Shown in pieces: positions 49,151 through 57,165 of a DNA stretch of 64,000 nt. How positions within the stretch are numbered: position 1 is the first letter of the stretch; each line of letters starts with the position of its first letter. The stretch spans positions 3,584,001 through 3,648,000 of the forward strand of contig CAXXUK010000001.1 of assembly GCA_963665125.2 (NCBI GenBank). Reading direction: 5' to 3'. Under the pieces are notes generated by a model. The model ran no database searches and had not been told where the DNA came from. It was given only the letters and a program-made list of their open reading frames with translations. The position numbers and the translations under genes were made by a program. Origin of the DNA: an uncultured Desulfarculus sp. (GTDB lineage Bacteria > Desulfobacterota > Desulfarculia > Desulfarculales > Desulfarculaceae).

Positions 49151-50470
49151 ATGTCTAAAAAGGTATTAAAGGTTAGTAGACAATTTCCTGCAAACACTTT
49201 GTTTGTGGGAGTGGACATTGCGAAAAAAATTCATTTTGCCAGGGCTTATGGAAGCAATTGCGAAGAAGGGAGTGAAGCTTTCCGGTTCACCAATGACAGA
49301 AAAGGTTTCAATGCTTTCCTGGATCGTATTGAATTGTGGAGGCAAAAATACGGTGCTGCCGGGATAGTAATTGGGATGGAGCCTACGGGTAACTACTGGA
49401 GGCCATTGGAGCATTTTTTGAAGAAAGCCGGCTTTGAGGTTTGTCTGGTTTCACCTTTGAGTGTGAGCCGGTTCAAGGATGCAGAGGACAATTCACCTTT
49501 GAAGAGCGACAGCAAGGATGCCCTGTTGATTGCCAGGCATTTGAGAATGGGGGCTGTGTTGACCCGGTCACCGGAGGATCACTTCAGAGAGATTGTTAAA
49601 AGATGTGTTATCCATATTGAAGATTTGAATAAAATACTTGTTATGCTGACAAATCTTCTTGAAAGCTATATTGCGGCACATTTCCCGGAGGTTCTGAAAT
49701 TTATGCCTGACATAGCTTCCGCCACGATGATGGTGCTTCTTGAGAAATTTCCAACACCGGAAACCCTTGCCGATGCAGGACCTGACGAAGTTTTGAAAGC
49801 TCTCTCCGAAGTGCCCGATAAAAAGTTCTCCGTGGAGAAAGTCCGGCTACTCTGCAATGATGCCGCCGAGAGCATCGGAGCACCCGTAGAGGGAGAGGCC
49901 GCCAACCTTGGACTGTCAACAGTCTTGAAAATATATGAGGTGGCGGCCGGAGCGAAAAAGCAGTTTGTCGGGATTCTTCGCAAAACTTTGCCCAACATCC
50001 CATCTTACAAGATTCTTCGCAGTGTAAGAGGCATCGGAATGATGACCGCAGCTACAATCATAGCATTTCTGGGCGATTTAAGCGATTATGACAGCGCCGC
50101 CCAGGTTTTGAAGAAAGCGGGGCTCAATCTTTTCAACCGGTCCTCCGGCTCCAGGCGGGGCAATTGCCACATCAGCCGGCGTGGCAAGGGTCTCTTGAGG
50201 AAGAACCTTTATATGGCGTGCCTGTCGCATACCCGCAAGAATTCACCCTTTTATGGGAAATACACGAAATTGCGGAATCGGTTTTTTTCTCACCGAAAAG
50301 CTATTGTGCCCCTGATGCGAAAAATTTTAAAAATATGTTTCGCGCTTGTTCGCAAGAGCGAGATGTTTGACCCGGCTTATGAGGCGATAGCAAATGCCCG
50401 TATCGATTCAAAGTGTTTTGTCGGGGCAGAGAAAAATCAAAGCGGCATACGGCGCAGTGAAGCCGTTTAG
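49151..50470 (+). CDS. IS110-family recombinase/transposase
   Basis: AGGAGG RBS; FVGVDIAK, GMEPTG, KSDSKDA (DEDD); SVRGIG; RSSGS serine motif; ISRRG. Confidence 0.95.
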   Translation: MSKKVLKVSRQFPANTLFVGVDIAKKIHFARAYGSNCEEGSEAFRFTNDRKGFNAFLDRIELWRQKYGAAGIVIGMEPTGNYWRPLEHFLKKAGFEVCLVSPLSVSRFKDAEDNSPLKSDSKDALLIARHLRMGAVLTRSPEDHFREIVKRCVIHIEDLNKILVMLTNLLESYIAAHFPEVLKFMPDIASATMMVLLEKFPTPETLADAGPDEVLKALSEVPDKKFSVEKVRLLCNDAAESIGAPVEGEAANLGLSTVLKIYEVAAGAKKQFVGILRKTLPNIPSYKILRSVRGIGMMTAATIIAFLGDLSDYDSAAQVLKKAGLNLFNRSSGSRRGNCHISRRGKGLLRKNLYMACLSHTRKNSPFYGKYTKLRNRFFSHRKAIVPLMRKILKICFALVRKSEMFDPAYEAIANARIDSKCFVGAEKNQSGIRRSEAV

Positions 50471-50567
50471 GCTCATCTGACGCTCCCAGGAAGTATTGTT
50501 TAATCTGTCCCCGACTTCGCATGCAGCATACTTGACCGTAAGGCCGGATAACAGGTTCGATGCGGGG
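50420..50567 (+). ncRNA. Predicted bridge/seek RNA (target-binding loop then donor-binding loop)
   Basis: Two stem-internal-loop modules carrying AAGCGGCAT and CAGGAA (target) and AGCATACT and ATAACAG (circle junction). Confidence 0.7.
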
Positions 50568-51280
50568 ACGCCCGCTCCGGTTTTCGATGACGGATTGACC
50601 GCCGGAAAATTTTATGCAGAAGCAAAGATGGATGTAAAATCGCTTCCACCCGCTTCCCGCAAGGGCCGGCGTGCTTTCTGAGCATCGAAAAACCGTGGTC
50701 ATGTTAGGTGTATGCAATTTTTCAGGAATAGCGAAAATATTATTCGTAATTCCCCTAAGCAATACCCGGTTGGCTGTCGTTTCAGGTGAAAACTTTCCTA
50801 AAACCGGCAGTATAACTTGGTTTTTAGAAAATCAAGCATCTGGTTCCATGATTAGGCGACTGGCGGGAGCCCTCTGACAAACCGAGCATGCCAAAATCTA
50901 CCGGGAGCTTCCCACTGGGGGAAAAATTTCCGGCAGGGCGGTTCAGTAAGGAGAAATCCAGAGCCGGAATTTTCCGGGAAGGACGCTCAAATGAGATAGA
51001 TTCAAGGAAATCTCAGACTCCGGGCGCCGGGGGGACACCCCCCTGCCCCCCCCGGAAAATCATAATCTGAAAATCAACTGAAAAAAAATCTTGGGAAGTA
51101 TTGACTTTAACATAACATGCCGCTTGTACCGGGTTTTGCCTCGATTTAGCCTTAACCGAATGCCAATGTGGATGCCCGCCCTACTTACTTGATCTTTATG
51201 GATACCCCAATTAAAGTTATTTGACTAAAATATCTGGTTTTGGATAAGAATCAGGATCCTGTCTGAAAGGATATTCTCTT

Positions 51281-52078
51281 ATGTATTGGTGGAATGAAAT
51301 CTACGATTTTATATATACCCATGAAAACCTCTGGTATCCCCATGAACTTATGAAAGAAATTACCGCTCATGAAATCGATTCCCTTCAGAGAATCCTTGAT
51401 CTGAAAAGAAACTCGGTTATTCTGGATGTCGGGTGTGGAAGAGGAAGACATTCCATTGAACTTGCAAGGCGGGGGCATAATGTTACAGGGTTGGATATAT
51501 CGGAAAAACTGATTTCGCTGTCTGAGGAAGAATATAAAAACACTGTTGTATCGAATTCCGATAAGGATGAATTTTCCGGGACTTGCTCTTTTATAATATC
51601 AGATATGAGGGAAATCGGGTTCAGGAATGAATTTGACCTGATTATGTTTATGGATGTATCCTTTGGAATCTTTGATGATGAAGAAAATCAGAAAATAATT
51701 AATAAGACTTATGAAGCTCTGAAACCGGGAGGAAAGGCATTCTTCTCCCTGTTCAACCCCTACTGGTGGTCAACTCACCCCCATACGCGGCACTGGGGAG
51801 ATGAAACCGGCGAAGTTATAAGGAAATACAGCTTCAACCCTCTGGAGGGCAGGGTAGAGGACAGGCAGCTTTTTATCAACGCAGAAGAAGGTATAAGAAA
51901 AGAACTGCCCCTTCAGACTCTCAGGGCATATACATTTCCCGAAATGAAAAGAATGTGTGTAGAAGCGGGATTTACTTCATTTTCTTTGTTCGGTGACAAA
52001 GGAGATTTCACTCCGGATCCTGATGGGGTCTTCGATGCCGCTAAGTCCCTGGGAATGTTTGTGCTGGCAAAAAGATAA
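51281..52078 (+). CDS. Class I SAM-dependent methyltransferase
   Basis: ILDVGCGRGRH, VTGLDIS, DMR, LKPGG. Confidence 0.9.
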   Translation: MYWWNEIYDFIYTHENLWYPHELMKEITAHEIDSLQRILDLKRNSVILDVGCGRGRHSIELARRGHNVTGLDISEKLISLSEEEYKNTVVSNSDKDEFSGTCSFIISDMREIGFRNEFDLIMFMDVSFGIFDDEENQKIINKTYEALKPGGKAFFSLFNPYWWSTHPHTRHWGDETGEVIRKYSFNPLEGRVEDRQLFINAEEGIRKELPLQTLRAYTFPEMKRMCVEAGFTSFSLFGDKGDFTPDPDGVFDAAKSLGMFVLAKR

Positions 52079-52449
52079 TTCAGAGAAATAGTTGTTATTA
52101 TTTATCGGATTGATTGCACCTTCCAATGATCTGGATGAATTGGCGGAAGTTTTGCAGGATATCAATATCTGCGGCTTCCATGGCGAAAAATTAATCGACT
52201 CTTCAACATCCGAAGTAAAGCGAGCCATTCAATGTTTTTTAAAGATAAACAATAGTGCCATCCCGTGATAATGAATATGCAATAGGTGTTATAAATATTC
52301 ACAGTTCCGCAACTGATGCTTTTGGAGAAGTTGAGTCATCACCGGCGGAATATGCCTCCAGTCTTATTGAAACCGGCCTTCAATCCAATAAGGATAAACT
52401 TGCACAATCTGATTCTCTGTTGTATAAATATTGATAAGGAGGGGAGACT

Positions 52450-52674
52450 ATGAAAAGAGAGCAGTTTTCGGGAATTGGAACGGGTGGTAGTGCCGGTTCC
52501 GTAAGGATTACAAACCCAATAAATATTCATAAATCCGGAAAAAGAAGCCAGGGTTTCCTTCTGAAAAATATCGAGTCCTCAATCCCTTCATCCCCGGAAA
52601 AACGAGAACAGATAATCGGTTTAGTCGATCAAAAAGTTGATGATAACATAAGGAAAATTATCGATAGTATTTAA
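52450..52674 (+). CDS. Hypothetical protein
   Basis: Strong AAGGAGG RBS before the ATG; no recognisable motif. Confidence 0.45.
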   Translation: MKREQFSGIGTGGSAGSVRITNPINIHKSGKRSQGFLLKNIESSIPSSPEKREQIIGLVDQKVDDNIRKIIDSI

Positions 52675-52767
52675 CTAAAAATTAGCTGAGGTTATCAGGA
52701 GCCTCTTTTATTGCGGTGTTTCTTTTCTCTTTTTACTTACCGTTTGAGGCTGTCGAAAAAGTGGGGG

Positions 52768-52796
52768 AGAGATCCTTCGACAGGCTCAGGATGACA
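52768..52796 (-). repeat. TGTC/CGTC-type palindromic repeat
   Basis: Reverse complement tgtcatcctgagcctgtcgaaggatctct; second copy at 56005-56034. Confidence 0.7.
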
Positions 52797-52858
52797 ACCC
52801 TCCTGCTTCCATCTGACTCAATGTGGTTTTCGATATTCTCATATCCCACCTCTCACCT

Positions 52859-53629
52859 CTAATTCCTGATATTCCCCTTATCCTCGCCTCCAACAACAAT
52901 TGCAGGTAAAAGACCCAGGTAGCTCATGGGAGGTTCCGGTGGATTCTGGCTTCCTGATATCCAGACATTTTCAGTCTGATGTGTGCTCATATCATGAATC
53001 CAGCCGTTTATGCTGATCATACCATTGTTGTCATCAACATTTATGTCCACATTTCTATCGCCCACTCTGCCGGAGATATGCTTATTACCCCCTGCAAAAC
53101 CGCTTTCATTGAGAAAAACATTATCTCTTCCCAGCCAGCCGTTGATGCTTCTGCTTCCTTCCGTTCCAAAGGAGTGCAGATTCACATTCTGATAGCCTCC
53201 GGAAGGAGCATTCACATAACCGGTAATAGAAGAACTATTGCCGTTTTGCCATTCGTTTATACCGACGGAGCCTGTTCCCACCCAGCCGTTAACATTTACT
53301 TCATCTCCACTTTTATTCATGCTGAGACTAACATGGCTGTTGCCCACTCTTCCGCTGACGTGTCCCGATATCGACAGAGCCTGTGAAGACTGAACAGCTG
53401 CGGCCTTTTCTGCAGATGTCGCATGTTGAATGATTGCTCTTTCTTTTATATCTTTCAGGTTAAGCTCGGGTGTATGAAGAGAATCTCCGGGGAGATCTAC
53501 TTTATCGCTATGAGTATTTTCCTCTTGTACCGAGGGTGCAGGTTTAATGGTTTTAATGTTTTTTAAAGGTGGTGTGGTAATACGGGATAGAACCTCAATA
53601 CCTGATGACATTTTTCCCATTGAATCCAT
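52859..53629 (-). CDS. Hypothetical protein with ~20-aa beta-rich repeats
   Basis: Repeats of (I/V)xG(W/R/Y)(V/L)Gxxx(V)x(I/L); low-complexity N-terminus. Confidence 0.7.
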   Translation of the reverse strand: MDSMGKMSSGIEVLSRITTPPLKNIKTIKPAPSVQEENTHSDKVDLPGDSLHTPELNLKDIKERAIIQHATSAEKAAAVQSSQALSISGHVSGRVGNSHVSLSMNKSGDEVNVNGWVGTGSVGINEWQNGNSSSITGYVNAPSGGYQNVNLHSFGTEGSRSINGWLGRDNVFLNESGFAGGNKHISGRVGDRNVDINVDDNNGMISINGWIHDMSTHQTENVWISGSQNPPEPPMSYLGLLPAIVVGGEDKGNIRN

Positions 53630-53816
53630 AATAACAATCCCCTTTGTTAAATATTAAAGTCGGAAAAATTACTAAGATCCCTTTTGACTATGAGTTCTCG
53701 GTAGATTTTAAATTTTTACGCAAAAATTCTCCTATACTTTATTCACTCATCAAGTAACATAAGTCAATAAGTTCAAAAATATTATTTTTCTATAGATGAT
53801 AATATGCGCAATTCGA

Positions 53817-53872
53817 GGGAAACAAAAGGCTTCGCCTTTTCAACCGACAAGACTGTCGGCTGTACCGGGTTT
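53817..53872 (+). repeat. REP-like double hairpin; empty paralog of the IS110 insertion site
   Basis: 27 nt identical to 48995-49021 and 12 nt identical to 51125-51136, around the hairpin ccgaca-agac-tgtcgg. Confidence 0.85.
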
Positions 53873-53980
53873 CACTTCATTACGGGTTTCCCCCGATTTT
53901 TACAATAACCGGACATCCATGTCAGATGCCCGGTTATTGATTTTTTATGACACTGAATGATGGAGTTTTTTTTCTTGATA

Positions 53981-54787
53981 TTATTCATCAGGAAAAAACT
54001 TTTCCACTTTTTCAAAGAAACTTACTATATCGGGGTCCGTAAATTTATGATTAAAAAGTCTCTTCTCATCAGCAGCTTCCACGATCTCAGGTTTTATAGG
54101 CAATGCCCCCAGGAAGGGAACTTCCATTTCTTTGGCCAGTTCTTCTCCGCCACCGGACTTGAACAGGTTTATTTTTTCTCCGCATTTGGGGCAGATTAAG
54201 CCGCTCATGTTTTCCACCACACCTATGATGGGTGTCGAAAGCTGACGGCAGAAGGAGACGGCTCTGCGGACATCGCTAACAGACAACTGTTGAGGTGTAG
54301 TCACCATAACGGCTCCTGTTCCTTCCCCTATCATCTGGCATACTGTCAGAGACTCGTCGCCGGTTCCGGGAGGTGAGTCGATGATGAGATAATCCAGTTC
54401 TCCCCATTCCACATCGGAGAGGAATGACTTTATCATATTATATTTCAATGGTCCCCGCCATATTACGGCATCACTTTTGGAATCAAGCAGATAACCGATG
54501 GAAACTACTTTGAGATTGGGGTATGGTTCCATAGGAATGAGCCTGTGGTTCAGAACATCCATTTTTGTTTGATTACTGTCAATGAAGCCGGGGATACTGG
54601 GACCATGAATATCCACATCCAGCAGACCTGTCTTCATGCCTTTGTTGGCGAGATATGCGGCGAGAGAAAAAGCGATGGTGCTCTTGCCTACCCCTCCTTT
54701 ACCGGAAAGGACCATTATACGGTTTTTGATCCCTTTGATGTTGTTTCTAACAGTTTCGAATTCTTTTTCTTTGAGAGCATTGGACAT
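53981..54787 (-). CDS. mrp: Mrp/NBP35 (ApbC) Fe-S cluster carrier ATPase
   Basis: SGKGGVGKST, DVDIHGPS, WRGP, DSPPGTGD, ENMSGLICPKC. Confidence 0.95.
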   Translation of the reverse strand: MSNALKEKEFETVRNNIKGIKNRIMVLSGKGGVGKSTIAFSLAAYLANKGMKTGLLDVDIHGPSIPGFIDSNQTKMDVLNHRLIPMEPYPNLKVVSIGYLLDSKSDAVIWRGPLKYNMIKSFLSDVEWGELDYLIIDSPPGTGDESLTVCQMIGEGTGAVMVTTPQQLSVSDVRRAVSFCRQLSTPIIGVVENMSGLICPKCGEKINLFKSGGGEELAKEMEVPFLGALPIKPEIVEAADEKRLFNHKFTDPDIVSFFEKVEKFFPDE

Positions 54788-54990
54788 TGTGTTAAACCTC
54801 ATTTTTAATTTTATAACCTTATTCTGGTATTTACGTTATAAGAAATGAATTTCTCTTTAATTTGTTCATTGTTAATATACAATTCTTTTTGGGCAGGTGT
54901 TTTACTCATGATGTGATATTCCTGGAGTAGGGATCAGGACAGCTCAATTTTCGCGCTCTGAATTCAGCTATTTGTGTTTGGTTAAGTATG

Positions 54991-55067
54991 GTAGTGACGG
55001 TCTCCACAGAGCGTCCGCCAAAGATCTTGTCGGAACATTGTGAGTCCGTTCCGGAGAACGGACCTAC
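54991..55067. repeat. Inverted pair of GTAG-tagged REP-like palindromes (REPIN-like)
   Basis: GTAGtgacggtctc..gagcgtc on the plus strand; gtccgttccggagaacggacCTAC is a GTAG REP on the minus strand. Confidence 0.6.
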
Positions 55068-55175
55068 CCATTGCCGCTTGGACCGGATTTTGCCATGATT
55101 TTGCATTAACCGGACACATAAGGGGAAGCAGATCCTACGGTTATCATCAATACTCCTTAAAGGTTTGGAATATTA

Positions 55176-55868
55176 TCAGATCGATCCCGGCACAACTGTC
55201 TCCCAACCATTCAGATTTTCCATGGTAAAGCAATCCCGGTTAAATATTTTATTCTTCATATCCAGGACAATTCCGGCAAGGTTTGGTGTTCCTGCCCATA
55301 TAAAATTTCCGGGTTCCCTTCCCATTGCATGATTCTGAATCATTCTCACGATACCCCCGTGAGTGAAGATAACAACCGCATCTCTATCCGATGAGTTTTG
55401 ACTTATGTGATATGAAGCGATCTCAGAAACTACCGACACTGCCCTTCTGAAAAATTCCATCATGGATTCCATTCCTGGAACAACAGTCTTAAAAGGCTCT
55501 TTCATCCATATCCTGAAAAGGGATATTCCATTTATCATTGTCTCTTCATCCAGTTGACTGTAAGATTTGCCTTCCCACTCTCCCAGGTATATTTCTCTAA
55601 GTTCTTTTTTATAATAAATGGGAATATTTATCCCTTTTTGTTTAAGGCGGTTAGTGAATTCTTCCGCTGTTCGGCTTGCCCTTACAAGATCGCTGGAATA
55701 AACAGCTATGACATTCAGTCGGTTCTTCTCAATTTCATCTGCATAAAAAACTGAAGCTTTCTGAGCCTGCCGGATCCCTTCTTCAGAAAGGGGAACATCT
55801 TTATGCCCCTGAATTATTCCATTACGGTTATAGATTGTTTCGCCATGTCTGATGATATATATTTTCAT
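55176..55868 (-). CDS. Histidine phosphatase (phosphoglycerate mutase family)
   Basis: IIRHGET, YSSDLVRA, LREIYLGEWEG, FTHGG. Confidence 0.93.
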   Translation of the reverse strand: MKIYIIRHGETIYNRNGIIQGHKDVPLSEEGIRQAQKASVFYADEIEKNRLNVIAVYSSDLVRASRTAEEFTNRLKQKGINIPIYYKKELREIYLGEWEGKSYSQLDEETMINGISLFRIWMKEPFKTVVPGMESMMEFFRRAVSVVSEIASYHISQNSSDRDAVVIFTHGGIVRMIQNHAMGREPGNFIWAGTPNLAGIVLDMKNKIFNRDCFTMENLNGWETVVPGSI

Positions 55869-56004
55869 AACAGAGTAAAATTTGCCCAAAAGTGCAAGTT
55901 TCCTTTGACTTTGAGAAATATTGACTCTTTAATCAGTTCATCAGGACTTACGCATTTGTTCTTTGGATCTTGGCGGAGAACTTCACAAGTATGCGGTTCA
56001 GCGA

Positions 56005-56034
56005 AGAGATCCTTCGACTTCGTCCAGGATGACA
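56005..56034 (-). repeat. TGTC/CGTC-type palindromic repeat, copy 2
   Basis: agagatccttcgac-ttcgtc-caggatgaca; matches 52768-52796 apart from the central bases. Confidence 0.7.
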
Positions 56035-56217
56035 GCTTTTCAGTCTCTGCATTTCAAAAAATAATATGGTTTCCGATGTTCTCATTTCAAAGGCAAAAAG
56101 TATTTTTCATGGCGTTCAGGGAGCTGCGGCAGAGGGCAACAGAGAAGAAACAAGGGAAAGGGGAATTGATTGTAGAATTGAAATGTTCTTTATTAAAACA
56201 TGTCTCCGGAGAATTTT

Positions 56218-56598
56218 ATGTCTAATTATATTTATATTGCTGTTGGAGGCGCTGCAGGTGCGATGTTGCGGTATCTTGTCTGTGGTTTGCTTTCCAATTA
56301 TACCAGGCCTGATTTTCCATGGGGAACCTTGGTGGTGAATGTCAGCGGGGCTTTTCTGATAGGCATTATCTGGCATATCTTCGAAAAATCCAGTCTGACT
56401 CCTGAAATGAGAATGCTCTTTATGACCGGTGTTCTGGGAGCATTTACAACTTTTTCCACTTTTGCCCTGGAGACATTGAACTTGTTCCGAGATGGTGAAA
56501 TGAAGCCGGCTTTGTTTAATATTTTTGGTTCCAACCTATTGGGTATGTTGGCTGTATACCTGGGATTTAATCTGCCATATCTTTTTCTGAAAAAGTAA
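56218..56598 (+). CDS. crcB: Fluoride efflux channel CrcB/FluC
   Basis: GGAAGAMLRY, FPWGTLVVN, TGVLGAFTTFSTF. Confidence 0.96.
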   Translation: MSNYIYIAVGGAAGAMLRYLVCGLLSNYTRPDFPWGTLVVNVSGAFLIGIIWHIFEKSSLTPEMRMLFMTGVLGAFTTFSTFALETLNLFRDGEMKPALFNIFGSNLLGMLAVYLGFNLPYLFLKK

Positions 56599-56612
56599 AT
56601 GGGGGGTTTGAA

Positions 56613-56942
56613 ATGAAGCTAAAGGGAAAGGCATCACTTTTAAGAATTTTTATAGGAGAGAACGATAAACACAAAGGGAAACCCCTGTATGAGCTGATTG
56701 TATTCAAAGCCAGAGAGTTGAAGCTTGCCGGTGCGACGGTATTAAGAGGAATTATGGGATTCGGTGCTCATAGTCACCTTCATACGGCGAAAATTCTCCG
56801 GCTTTCGGAGGATCTCCCAATAGTTATTGAAATGGTTGATACCGGTGAAAACCTGGAAAAAATCATGCCTTTTCTTGATGAAGTCATTAAGGATGGACTC
56901 ATTACAACAGAAGAAGTGGAGATTATAAAGTATCAGGGATAG
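56613..56942 (+). CDS. DUF190 (PII-like) protein
   Basis: LRIFIGEND, GATVLRGIMGFG, LSEDLP; usual crcB neighbour. Confidence 0.92.
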   Translation: MKLKGKASLLRIFIGENDKHKGKPLYELIVFKARELKLAGATVLRGIMGFGAHSHLHTAKILRLSEDLPIVIEMVDTGENLEKIMPFLDEVIKDGLITTEEVEIIKYQG

Positions 56943-57165
56943 AAAATGTCTGCTTTCAAATTCTCTGTGTAATTTTCTTTGTAATGTGCAGTAGAGAGAC
57001 TATCTCTGCAATCTTCCAATTAAAGGAATTTTATGGAACCTGAAGAAAGGTGAAATCCCTGAAATCAGGAAGAATTTGCATTTCACCTCCAAAAAAGAGT
57101 TTAAGCGAACCAATATAAATAAAAACAGATACTACAAAATCGAGAGGCATTTTCGTTTTACATAA

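Larger units (their letters stand above)
49031..51116 (+). mobile_element. Complete IS110-family insertion sequence (short left end, long right end), ~2086 bp
   Basis: DEDD recombinase; ends defined by comparison with the empty paralogous site at 53817-53872; no target duplication beyond one shared A. Confidence 0.88.

Noticed and set aside
50496..51070. Short ORFs in the IS110 right end as cargo genes
   Set aside because: They have no motifs and no clear RBS, and they overlap extensive stems. Non-coding RNA is the better explanation.
55870..56217. Fluoride riboswitch upstream of crcB
   Set aside because: I could not find the GGCGATGG...GCC / CTGATGAC consensus. An Rfam search would settle it.
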